From contig JBKJLC010000063.1 of NCBI GenBank assembly GCA_046597055.1, forward strand, positions 1 to 25,654: a stretch of 25,654 nt of DNA. Reading direction: 5' to 3'. This DNA is from Kofleriaceae bacterium (lineage in GTDB: Bacteria > Myxococcota_A > Polyangia > Haliangiales > Haliangiaceae). Below the pieces are notes generated by a model that made no database searches, was not told where the DNA came from, and worked only from the letters and a program-made list of their open reading frames with translations. Both the position numbers and the translations under genes were made by a program. This document shows positions 15,928 to 24,619 of the stretch, piece by piece; positions within the stretch are counted from its first letter, which is position 1; every line of letters starts with the position of its first letter.

Positions 15928-18323
15928 GCGACGCCGCGATCGCCGAGGCGTGCGCGCGGATCGCGCCGGCGTGGCCGCTCGACCGCCTGATCGCGGTCAA
16001 CCCGTACTGGGGCTTCGTGCGCGAGCCGATCGCGGGAGCAGATGCCCGGCTCGGGGCGCTCACCGGGACCAGCCTGCTGATGCCGCGGACCTGGTACCGA
16101 GCGCAGTGGGATGCGGGCCGCTTCACCGCGGAGCACGTCGCGCGCGCCCGCGAGCTCGCCGGTGTGCCGACGCCGGTCGCCGAGCTCCTCGCCGAGCTCG
16201 ACCAGCCTCCGCCCGCGACCACGCGGCGCGCCCTGGTCACGGACGTGGTCGACGCCGATCGGCGCCCCGGCCACCAGATGGCCTGGACCGAGCTCGTGCT
16301 ACGCCAGATCAGCCAGGCCTGCGCGGCGTGCTTCGACGAGGGCCAGGCGACGTGGGGCCCCGACCGGAGCGGGGGGCTCTATGCGGTGTGGCGTGAGCTG
16401 GCCGCGCACGACGCGAGCCCGCGGCTCCTGATGGGCCTGCGTGGATATCGTGCCGCGGTCGGCGCGCTGCCGCGCACCCCCCGCGCGCTGATCGCGGAGG
16501 CGCTCGCGGCCCTGGCCGTCCCCGCCGAGGCACATCCGAGCTACCTCACGGCGCTGCTGCTCTCGGTCGGCGGCTGGGCGTCGGCGTGCGCGCTCCCCGG
16601 ATGGGAGGCTCGGCTCGGCGGGCGCATGCCGGCCGCGAGCCTCGGGCCCGACGACGATCCGGTGGTCCATCTGCTCGCCGTGCGGCTCGCGTGGGAGCTC
16701 GTGCTGTATCGGCTCCACCCCGCGCGTCGAACCGCGTGGCGAACCGCGAGCGTGGCATGGGCGGGCACCCCCGCGCCCGCACGTGCCGCCGCGTGGGTGC
16801 TGCAGCGCGCGCTCGAGCTCGCATATCAGGAGCCGCTGGTCCGCGCCCTGGTGACCGGTGTCGCGCCCCGCGTGACCGCCCCGGTCGCGCAGGTGGTGTT
16901 CTGCATCGACGTCCGCTCGGAGGTGCTCCGCCGTGCCCTCGAGGCGACCAGTCCGGCGATCGCCACGCTCGGGTTCGCGGGGTTCTTCGGGCTGCCGATC
17001 GTGTACCAGCCACCGGTCGGCGCGGCGCGTCCGCAGCTTCCCGGACTCCTCGCGCCCACGCTCGAGGTACGGGACGAGGGCGGGGATCTCGCGACCGTGC
17101 GTGCGCAGCGTCGCCGGCTCGAGCTCGGGGCCACGGTGGGCGAGCTCGCACGCACGGCGAGCTCGAGCCTCTCGTTCGTCGAGCTCGCCGGGCTCATGTC
17201 GCTCCCGGCGCTGGTGCGCGATGGGATCGGCGGGTTCCCGGCCACCCGCGACCGGTTGCGCCCGGCCGGCGAGCCGGGGGAGAGCGCCGGCGTGCCGCGG
17301 CTCGTGGGCGGCGGCACGGCCGCGCTTGCGGCCAGCATCCTGCGGGCGATGAGCCTGGGCCGGGGCGCCGCCCGGCTGGTCGCGCTGATCGGGCACGGCG
17401 CCAGCACGGTCAACAATCCTCAACGGGCCGGTCTGCACTGTGGCGCGTGCGGTGGCCAGACCGGCGAGGTCAATGCGCGCGCCCTGGCGGCGCTGCTCAA
17501 CGATCCCGCGATTCGCGGCGGCCTGCCGGCCGAAGGCATCGAGCTCCCCGAGGACACCGTCTTCATCGCCGGGCTCCACGACACGACGACCGACGACGTC
17601 ACGCTGTTCGAGCTGGATCGGGTCCGGCCCTCGCATCGCGCCGAGGTCGCGCGGCTCGAGGCGCTGCTCGCGATGGCCGGGCAGCGGGCGCGCGCCGAAC
17701 GGGCGCCGGCCCTCGGCATCATCGCCACCGCGCCGGCCGCGATCGACCGCGCCGTCCGCGCGCGCGCGCGCGATGGTGCCGAAGTGCGGCCGGAGTGGGG
17801 GCTCGCTCGCAACGCTGCCTTCGTGGTCGCGCCGCGCGAGCGCACGCGCGCGCTCGACCTCGCGGGGCGCGCGTTTCTCCACGAGTATCGCTGGGAGGAC
17901 GATCCCGATCACACCGTGCTCGAGCTGATCATGACGGCGCCCATGATCGTCACGCACTGGATCAACATGCAGTACTACGCCTCGACCGTGGACAACCTCC
18001 GCCACGGTAGCGGCAACAAGGTGCTCCACAACGTGGTCGGTGGGCGCGTGGGCGTGCTCGAGGGTGCGGGCGGCGACCTGCGGATCGGCCTGGCCCAGCA
18101 GTCGCTGCACGATGGCGAGCGCTGGATTCACGAGCCGCTCCGGCTCAGCGTGTTCATCGAGGCGCCGGCCGCGGCCATCGAGGCGGTGCTCGCGAAGCAC
18201 GCGCTCGTGCGCGACCTCGTCGACCACGAGTGGTTGTTCCTGTTCGCCATCGACGCGGCGCGCGGTGAGGTCGACCTGCGGCACGCCGGCGGCTGGGTGC
18301 CCGCGGGGCCCGCCCGCTCATGA
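15924..18323 (+). CDS. dabA: DAB inorganic-carbon pump beta-carbonic-anhydrase-like subunit (DUF2309/UPF0753), 799 aa
   Basis: GTG 15924 overlaps the dabB TGA. Motifs IAPAWPLDRLIAVNP, FCIDVRSE (Cys/Asp), TLGFAGFFG, GHG (His), LHCGACGG (Cys), EVRPEWGL, FLHEY, APMIVTHWINMQYY, GSGNKVLHNV, HEPLRL. Confidence 0.93.
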   Translation: MSDAAIAEACARIAPAWPLDRLIAVNPYWGFVREPIAGADARLGALTGTSLLMPRTWYRAQWDAGRFTAEHVARARELAGVPTPVAELLAELDQPPPATTRRALVTDVVDADRRPGHQMAWTELVLRQISQACAACFDEGQATWGPDRSGGLYAVWRELAAHDASPRLLMGLRGYRAAVGALPRTPRALIAEALAALAVPAEAHPSYLTALLLSVGGWASACALPGWEARLGGRMPAASLGPDDDPVVHLLAVRLAWELVLYRLHPARRTAWRTASVAWAGTPAPARAAAWVLQRALELAYQEPLVRALVTGVAPRVTAPVAQVVFCIDVRSEVLRRALEATSPAIATLGFAGFFGLPIVYQPPVGAARPQLPGLLAPTLEVRDEGGDLATVRAQRRRLELGATVGELARTASSSLSFVELAGLMSLPALVRDGIGGFPATRDRLRPAGEPGESAGVPRLVGGGTAALAASILRAMSLGRGAARLVALIGHGASTVNNPQRAGLHCGACGGQTGEVNARALAALLNDPAIRGGLPAEGIELPEDTVFIAGLHDTTTDDVTLFELDRVRPSHRAEVARLEALLAMAGQRARAERAPALGIIATAPAAIDRAVRARARDGAEVRPEWGLARNAAFVVAPRERTRALDLAGRAFLHEYRWEDDPDHTVLELIMTAPMIVTHWINMQYYASTVDNLRHGSGNKVLHNVVGGRVGVLEGAGGDLRIGLAQQSLHDGERWIHEPLRLSVFIEAPAAAIEAVLAKHALVRDLVDHEWLFLFAIDAARGEVDLRHAGGWVPAGPARS

Positions 18324-18324
18324 G

Positions 18325-18372
18325 GCATGGGTAGAGGGCACGACCCGCGCCGCTCGTGCGCGCCGCGCCGTG
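18325..18372 (+). repeat. 48-bp intergenic element, copy B (inverted partner at 9432-9479)
   Basis: gca tgg gta gag ggc acg acc cgc gcc gct cgt gcg cgc cgc gcc gtg = AWVEGTTRAARARRAV. It starts 1 nt after the dabA stop. Confidence 0.55.
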
Positions 18373-18401
18373 ACCGCGGGGATCGCGCAGTCTCCGGGAG
18401 A

Positions 18402-19544
18402 TCAGGCGCCGGTCGCGGGCTCGACGACCTCGGTCGCAGGCGACGGCGGGCGAGCGCGCGCGCGGCGCGCCAGGACCTCGCGCCACCACGGGGCCGGACC
18501 ATCGAGCTGCTCGGGCTCGAAGGCGGCACCCAGGCGCGGCGTCAGGATGCGCGCGCCGGCGCGGGCGGCGAGGTCGACCAGCTGCTCGCCCGGCTCGTCC
18601 CAGGCGTGGAAGCCGAGGCTGAAGGTGCCCCAGTGCACCGGCAGGAGCGTGCCGCCACCGAGCATGCGGAACGCCGCGAGCGCGTTCTCGGGCCCGAGGT
18701 GGATCGTGCCCCAGCTCGGGTGGAACGCGCCGATCTCGAGCATGACCAGATCGAACGGGCCATGGGCGGCGCCGGTCGCGGCAAACTCGTCGGTGAGGCC
18801 GGTGTCGCCCGAGAAGAACACCTTGCGGCGCTCGGACTGGATCACCCACGACGCCCACAGGGTCTTGTTGCGACCGCCGAGCGAGCGACCGGAGAAGTGC
18901 TGCGACGGGGTCGCGGTGAAGCGCAGGCCGCCGACCTCGATCGACTCGTGCCAGTCGAGCTCGGTGATGAGCGCCGGCGCGAAGCCGTAGCGCTCGAGGT
19001 GGGCGCCGACCCCGAGCGCGGTGACGATCGGGATGCCCGACCGGGCCAGCGCGGTCATCGTCGGCTTGCACAGGTGATCGAGGTGGTCGTGCGAGAGCAG
19101 GACGACGTCGATCGGCGGCAGCTCGGCGAGCTCGGCCGGCACCGGATGGAAGCGGCGCGGCCCGATGAAGCCGACTGGCGAGATGCGCTTGGCGAAGACC
19201 GGATCGGTGAGCACGCGGCGGCCGTCGAGCTCGAGCAGCACGGTGCTGTGGCCGAGCCAGGTCGCGCGGAGGCCGGTGTCGGTCGGTCGGGCCCAGATCG
19301 GGTGGGGCCGCTCGAGCGGGAGCGGCGCGGGCGGGCGGCGCTGCTGGCCGCCGAACAGGAGCTCGCCGAACATGGGCAGGATGCCGCCGGTCACTCCATC
19401 GCGGGCGCCGCTGGTGTTGCGGAAGACGCCGTCGCCGTACTGCTTGGAGGCGAGCGTGCGCTCGCGGCGGAGGCCGGCGCTGCGCCGGTTGGCGGGCGCA
19501 TCGGGGGCGGGAGCGACGTCGGGGCTGGGCGCGGCGGGGGGCAT
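18402..19544 (-). CDS. MBL-fold metallo-hydrolase (NAPE-PLD/RomA-like), 380 aa
   Basis: Motifs TWLGHST, LTDPVF, LSHDHLDHL (HxHxDH), PSQHFSGR, FFSGDTG, EIGAF, PVHWGTF. GAGGAG SD lies upstream of ATG 19544. Confidence 0.92.
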   Translation of the reverse strand: MPPAAPSPDVAPAPDAPANRRSAGLRRERTLASKQYGDGVFRNTSGARDGVTGGILPMFGELLFGGQQRRPPAPLPLERPHPIWARPTDTGLRATWLGHSTVLLELDGRRVLTDPVFAKRISPVGFIGPRRFHPVPAELAELPPIDVVLLSHDHLDHLCKPTMTALARSGIPIVTALGVGAHLERYGFAPALITELDWHESIEVGGLRFTATPSQHFSGRSLGGRNKTLWASWVIQSERRKVFFSGDTGLTDEFAATGAAHGPFDLVMLEIGAFHPSWGTIHLGPENALAAFRMLGGGTLLPVHWGTFSLGFHAWDEPGEQLVDLAARAGARILTPRLGAAFEPEQLDGPAPWWREVLARRARARPPSPATEVVEPATGA

Positions 19545-19625
19545 CAGGACTCCTCGGGCTACTCTCGGACGAGCGCAAGCGTAGCGCGCCGCCGGGGCGC
19601 CGGCTCGACGCACCTCTTGCCCACC

Positions 19626-21431
19626 ATGTCCGACCACCCATCCAGTCAGGTGACCCGCGACGCGCGCGGTGACGCGATCCGCGCCGCGCTGCGCCGCCTC
19701 GGCATCGACCGCCTCGTGCTCTCGATCCACCAGGCGAGCTTTCCGGCCGGCGACGACGACGTCGGCCATGGCACGCCGTACTCGCGGGCCGGCGCCGGGC
19801 TGCTGGCGAGCGCCGCGGAGCTCGGCTTCACCGGCGTGGCGCTGGGGCCGGCCGGGATCACGAGCCGCGACAACCCGTCGCCCTACGACGCGACCGCGTT
19901 GCCGCGCAACCCGCTGCACCTGGCCCTGGGGCCGCTGGTCGCGCAGGGGCTGCTCGACGAGCGCGCGCTGGCGGCGGCGGTCGCCGGGCGACCCGGGACC
20001 AGCGATCGGGTCGCGTACGCGTACGCCTGGCCGACCCAGCGCGCGCTCCTCGGCGCCGCGGTGGCGCGGGCCGCTGCCGACCCCGGCCTGGCTGGCCGGC
20101 GCGCCGGGTTCGCCGCCCGGACCCCGTGGCTGGCCGAGGAGGCGCACTACGAGGCGATCGCGGCCGCGGCCGGTCACGACGACTGGCGCCGGTGGCCCGC
20201 CGATCCGCCGGCGGACGCCGCCGCCGCGGCGCGGTTCGAGCTCGAGCAGCTCTGGCTCGCCGAGCAGCATGCGCAGACGCGCGAGACCGCGCACGGGCTC
20301 GGCCTCGCGCTCTACGCGGATCTCGCGATCGGCCTGTCGCACCGCGATCGCTACCTGCGCCGCGCGCTGCTCCTGCCCGGCTACGTCATGGGCGCGCCGC
20401 CGTCGCGCACCAACCCCGATGGCCAGGCCTGGGGCTACCCGGTGCTCGAGCCGGGCGCGCTCGGATCGGGCGCCGCGCGCGACTTCGTGCGGATGCGGCT
20501 CGACGGCGTGCTCGCCGATCACGACGGCGTGCGCCTCGATCACCCGCACGGATGGGTGTGTCCCTGGGTGTATCGGACCGACGATCCCGACCCCGGCCAC
20601 GCGGTGCGTGCGGGCGCGCGGCTCCACGAGTCGCCCGATCTCGACGACCACCCGGGGCTGGCCGCCCACGCCTGCGTCCGCCCCGAGCAGCTCGATCGGA
20701 CCCGGCCCCGCCACGACGACGCGTGGGTGCGGGCACTCGAGCCGGCCCAGATCGACCGCTACGCGGTCGGCTTCGACCTGGTGGTCGAGCGCGCCCGCGC
20801 CCACGGGGTCGCGCCCGCCGATCTGATGATCGAGGTGCTGAGCACCTGCCCGCGCCCGCTGGCGGCCATGCTGGCGCGCCACCAGCTCGGTCGGTTCCGG
20901 GTCACGCAGAAGGCGGTCGTCGACGATCCCACCGACGGGTACCGGGGCGATCGCGCGTCACCGGCCGACTGGATCATGGTCGGCAACCACGACACCCCGC
21001 CGCTGTCGCTGATGCTCGATCGCTGGGCCAGCGGCCCCGAGCTCGCGCGCCGCGCGACGTACCTCACCGGTCGGCTCGCGCCCGAGGCACCAGCGCCGCT
21101 CGCTGCGCGCCTCGCGACCGATCGCCAGGCGATGTCCGAGGCGGTGCTTGCCGAGCTGTTCCTCGGCCCGGCCCGTCACGTGCTCGTGTTCTGGGTCGAT
21201 CTATTGGGCAGTCGCTTCATCTACAACCAGCCCGGCGTGATCGACGGCGACAACTGGAGCCTGCGCGCGCCGGTCGATCTCGCGGCCGCCCACGCCGCCG
21301 CGGTCCGCCGCGGTGAGGCGCCCGACCTCGGCTGCGCGCTCGCCCTGGCGCTCGCGGCGCGCGGGCTCGATCGCGACGACGACGGCCGGGCCCTGGTGGC
21401 GCGGCTGCGGCCGCCGGGCCGAGCGGCCTAG
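19626..21431 (+). CDS. malQ: 4-alpha-glucanotransferase / amylomaltase (GH77), divergent, 601 aa
   Basis: Motifs NPSPY, YADLAIG, GAPP...GQAWGYPV, GVRLDHPHGW (nucleophile Asp), MIEVL (putative acid/base Glu), GNHDT, NQPG...NWSLR. Confidence 0.82.
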   Translation: MSDHPSSQVTRDARGDAIRAALRRLGIDRLVLSIHQASFPAGDDDVGHGTPYSRAGAGLLASAAELGFTGVALGPAGITSRDNPSPYDATALPRNPLHLALGPLVAQGLLDERALAAAVAGRPGTSDRVAYAYAWPTQRALLGAAVARAAADPGLAGRRAGFAARTPWLAEEAHYEAIAAAAGHDDWRRWPADPPADAAAAARFELEQLWLAEQHAQTRETAHGLGLALYADLAIGLSHRDRYLRRALLLPGYVMGAPPSRTNPDGQAWGYPVLEPGALGSGAARDFVRMRLDGVLADHDGVRLDHPHGWVCPWVYRTDDPDPGHAVRAGARLHESPDLDDHPGLAAHACVRPEQLDRTRPRHDDAWVRALEPAQIDRYAVGFDLVVERARAHGVAPADLMIEVLSTCPRPLAAMLARHQLGRFRVTQKAVVDDPTDGYRGDRASPADWIMVGNHDTPPLSLMLDRWASGPELARRATYLTGRLAPEAPAPLAARLATDRQAMSEAVLAELFLGPARHVLVFWVDLLGSRFIYNQPGVIDGDNWSLRAPVDLAAAHAAAVRRGEAPDLGCALALALAARGLDRDDDGRALVARLRPPGRAA

Positions 21432-21539
21432 CCGAGCGGCTCGGGGGCAGGTGGGCCGTCGCGCGGCTCGCCCTCGATCAGGATGCGCTTCACGCCAGCA
21501 GCCTCTACCGGCCCGGGGGGCCGGCAGGCGCGGGCGCGC

Positions 21540-22259
21540 TCACCACTTGACGGGCGCGGACGGGCCGGCAGCGATGCGGAGCGTGGCGAGCAGTGCGTCG
21601 ACCAGGAGGTCGCGCAGCACCGGGCGCTCCACCTCGTGACGGGCGAGCCACTCGAGGCTGGCGGCCTCGACGAAGCCGATCCAGCCACGCAGCGCGACCC
21701 GGACGATCGGCACGTTGAGCACCGTCGCCATCGGCGTGCCCTCGGTGGTCTCGAGGAAGCGCTGCATGTAGGTCGCGCGCACGCTCTCGATCACCCCGAC
21801 CACCTCGGGATCCGAACCGATGCCGCCGCGCATGAGCGCGACGAACGGGCGCGCGTGGCGCTGGACGTGGTCGAGGTAGGCGTCGAGGCCGGCGCGGATC
21901 CGATCGAGCGGCGCCAGACCGGGCCCCTGCGCGGCGCGCTCGGTCTCGGCGATCAGCTGGTCGGCGGTGAAGCGCAGGCCGGCCAGGTACAGGTCGCGCT
22001 TGGTCGGGAAATAATGATAGAGGAGGCCCTTCGAGATCCCGGCCGCCCTGGCGATGTCGTCGATGGAGACCTCGTCGTAGGTGCGGTCCGAGAAGGTCAC
22101 GACACCGAGCGCGAGCAGCTGAGCGCGGCGGGCGTCGTTGTCGAGGCGGATGCGACGGCGGGGTCGGCGCGCCGCCGCGGCCGCCTCGGTCGCGCCGGGC
22201 GCGGCGGGACGGCGGGTGCGGCGAGCGCGGAGGACACGAGCGACGGCCATTCGTCCCAT
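21540..22259 (-). CDS. TetR/AcrR-family transcriptional regulator (start 22259 or 22250)
   Basis: HTH RRAQLLALGVVTFSDRTYDEVSIDDIARAAGISKGLLYHYFPTKRDLY, preceded by an Arg-rich N-terminal extension. Confidence 0.92.
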   Translation of the reverse strand: MGRMAVARVLRARRTRRPAAPGATEAAAAARRPRRRIRLDNDARRAQLLALGVVTFSDRTYDEVSIDDIARAAGISKGLLYHYFPTKRDLYLAGLRFTADQLIAETERAAQGPGLAPLDRIRAGLDAYLDHVQRHARPFVALMRGGIGSDPEVVGVIESVRATYMQRFLETTEGTPMATVLNVPIVRVALRGWIGFVEAASLEWLARHEVERPVLRDLLVDALLATLRIAAGPSAPVKW

Positions 22260-22355
22260 GCGTACCGCGAGGCCCGGCGGCGAGGCAACCGCCCTGTGCG
22301 CCGGGTGCAGCGGTCGGCGCCTGCGCCTCCTGGATTTCGTCGCCGGGACGCGACC

Positions 22356-22397
22356 TTATCGACCGCGGTTCAATTGCTATTGACCGGTGGTCAATAG
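22356..22397. promoter_or_regulatory. Tandem palindromic operators (putative TetR sites) overlapping a -35-like TTGACC
   Basis: Perfect CTATTGACC-GGT-GGTCAATAG (22377-22397), directly preceded by degenerate TTATCGACC-GCG-GTTCAATTG (22356-22376; 14/18 arm positions match). Confidence 0.75.
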
Positions 22398-22415
22398 AGC
22401 TTCATGCTCGAGCCC

Positions 22416-23291
22416 ATGACCAGCACCACCACGGCACCCGCGGCGGCCCGCCGGCCGCCGATCACGCCTCGCAAGCCGTCGCTCGGCTTCGCGGGGGTTC
22501 CGAAGCACTGGTTCGCCGGGCTCGCGATCCCGACCCAGATGGTCAACGGGGTGAACCTGCTGTTCCCCGCTGGCGAGCGCTTCTTCGTACGGTCGGTCTA
22601 CTACTACCTCCAGCAGATCGACGACCCCGCGCTGCACAGCGCGGTGCGCGGCTTCGGCCGCCAGGAGGGCCGCCACGCCAAGGCGCACGAGGACTACTTC
22701 GACACCCTGCGCGGGCACGGCTACCGGATCGACGGGTTCCTCCGGTTCTATCACGCGCTGTCGGCGTGGCTCGAGGCGCGCTCGTCCCCGGCGCTGCGGC
22801 TGGCCGCGACCGCGGCGGCCGAGCACTTCACCGCGATCATGGCGGAGGGCGCGGCGCTCGAGGTCCCGCTGCAGCAGGCGCATCCGCGCATGCGCGAGCT
22901 GCTGTACTGGCACTCGGCCGAGGAGCTGGAGCACAAGTCGGTCGCCTACGACGTGCTGCAGCAGGTCGCTCCGTCGTACCGGCTGCGGGTCGCCGGCCTG
23001 GCGATCGCGACGACGATGCTGGCCGCGATGTGGTCGGCCGCGACCCTGATGTTCCTGCGCCAGGACGGCTTCGGGCCGCGCGGCCTCTGGCAGCAGCTGC
23101 GCGCGCGCCGCCGGCTCGAGCGCGGCGAGCCGGTGTTCCGCCAGGTGTTCGTGCGCGGCATTCGCGAGTACCTGCGCCGCGACTTCCACCCCGATCACCA
23201 CGACAACTACCACCTGGCGGCGGTGCTCCTCGCCAAGTCGGCAGCGGCCGCGCACGAGGCCGCGGGCATGATCGCCGCGGAGGCCGCATGA
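22416..23291 (+). CDS. 'Metal-dependent hydrolase' family (PF10118-like) protein with ferritin-like ligand pattern (alternative start 22404)
   Basis: Motifs NGVNLLFPAGERFFVRSV, FGRQEGRHAKAH, TAAAEHFTA, LYWHSAEELEHKSVAYD, YLRRDFHP. Confidence 0.85.
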   Translation: MTSTTTAPAAARRPPITPRKPSLGFAGVPKHWFAGLAIPTQMVNGVNLLFPAGERFFVRSVYYYLQQIDDPALHSAVRGFGRQEGRHAKAHEDYFDTLRGHGYRIDGFLRFYHALSAWLEARSSPALRLAATAAAEHFTAIMAEGAALEVPLQQAHPRMRELLYWHSAEELEHKSVAYDVLQQVAPSYRLRVAGLAIATTMLAAMWSAATLMFLRQDGFGPRGLWQQLRARRRLERGEPVFRQVFVRGIREYLRRDFHPDHHDNYHLAAVLLAKSAAAAHEAAGMIAAEAA

Positions 23292-24619
23292 TCACCGATC
23301 CCGCGCCGGCCGAGTTGCGGCTCGATCGCCACCTCGTGGTCGGCGCCGGCTTCGCCGGGCTGGGCGTCGCCGCGGCGTTCACCCGCGCTGGCATCGGCTA
23401 CGACCAGGTCGAGGCCGACGACGACCTCGGTGGCAACTGGAAGCACGGCGTGTACGAGAACGTCCACATCATCTCGTCGCGCAAGACGACCGAGTACACC
23501 GACTGGCCGATGCCGGCCGACTGGCCCGACTTTCCGAGCGCGGGCCAGATGCTCACGTACCTGCGCGCCTACGCCGATCACCATGGGCTGCGCGCGCGCC
23601 TCGCGCTGTCGACCCGGGTCACCTGGGTCGAGCCTGCCGGCGGCGGCGCCTGGCGGGTCACGCTCGAGCACGCGGGGCAGCGCAGCACGCGCATCTACGG
23701 CGGCGTGGTCGTGTGCAACGGCCACCACTGGGACAAGCGCTGGCCGAGCTACCCGGGCACCTTCACCGGCGAGACGATCCACTCGAAGGACTACAAGTCG
23801 CCAGCGACGTTGCAGGGCAAGCGGGTGCTCGTGATCGGCGGCGGCAACTCGGCGTGCGACATCGCGGTCGAGGCCGCGCGGTTCGCCGACGCCAGCCACA
23901 TCAGCATGCGACGCGGCTACTGGTTCATGCCCAAGACGATGATGGGCGTGCCGACCTCCGAGCTCATGAAGCCGTGGCTGCCGATGGGTGCGCAGCGCGC
24001 GTTCGTGAAGGCGATGATCCGGCTGGTGGTCGGGCGCTACCCGCAGTACGGGCTGCCCGAGCCCGATCACGAGCCGTTCGAGCATCATCCGACCATCAAC
24101 TCCGAGCTGCTGTACGCGCTCCGCCACGGCCGGATCACGCCGCACGGCGATATCGCCCGCTGGGACGGCGCCGACGCGGTGTTCGTCGACGGCACCCGGG
24201 CCACCTTCGATCTGGTCGTGTGCGCGACCGGCTACCACGTCAGCTTCCCGTTCCTGGCCGCCGGCGTGGTGCCGTGGAAGGACGGCATGCCCGAGCTCTA
24301 CGGCGGCGTGATGCCGCCCGGGCACAAGAACTTGTACGTGTTCGGCGTCGGCCAGCCCCGCTACGGTGCGGGCCCGCTGATCGCGGCCGGCGCGGACATG
24401 CTGTGCACGATCGTGGACACCCAACGCCAGCTCGCCCATCCGCTGGCCGACATCCTGAAGCGCATGGGCGCGAAGCCGCCGCGCACGTACCTGCAGGACC
24501 CGTTCGCGATCCTGCGCAGCGTGCGCATGGGCAAGCGGCTGGTCCCGCGCCTGCCGCGGCTCGAGCCGATGATCATGCGCGGCGCCACGCCGGTCGCGAG
24601 TGGGAGTACGATCGCGTGA
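23288..24619 (+). CDS. Flavin-containing monooxygenase (class B, FMO-like), 443 aa
   Basis: FAD motif VVGAGFAG, DDLGGNW, VCNGHH, FMO fingerprint FTGETIHSKDY (FxGxxxHxxxY), NADPH motif VIGGGNSACD, CATGY. ATGA overlap with the upstream gene. Confidence 0.92.
   Translation: MITDPAPAELRLDRHLVVGAGFAGLGVAAAFTRAGIGYDQVEADDDLGGNWKHGVYENVHIISSRKTTEYTDWPMPADWPDFPSAGQMLTYLRAYADHHGLRARLALSTRVTWVEPAGGGAWRVTLEHAGQRSTRIYGGVVVCNGHHWDKRWPSYPGTFTGETIHSKDYKSPATLQGKRVLVIGGGNSACDIAVEAARFADASHISMRRGYWFMPKTMMGVPTSELMKPWLPMGAQRAFVKAMIRLVVGRYPQYGLPEPDHEPFEHHPTINSELLYALRHGRITPHGDIARWDGADAVFVDGTRATFDLVVCATGYHVSFPFLAAGVVPWKDGMPELYGGVMPPGHKNLYVFGVGQPRYGAGPLIAAGADMLCTIVDTQRQLAHPLADILKRMGAKPPRTYLQDPFAILRSVRMGKRLVPRLPRLEPMIMRGATPVASGSTIA

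Noticed and set aside
18327..20882. Apparent long antisense overlap of the MBL and malQ ORFs
   Set aside because: Starts at 19544 (with SD) and 19626 give two non-overlapping divergent genes; the extensions are shadow translation.
22380..22394. FNR/CRP box (TTGAC...GTCAA)
   Set aside because: The spacer is 5 nt, not 4, and the palindrome extends to 9-bp arms next to a TetR gene, which fits a TetR operator better.
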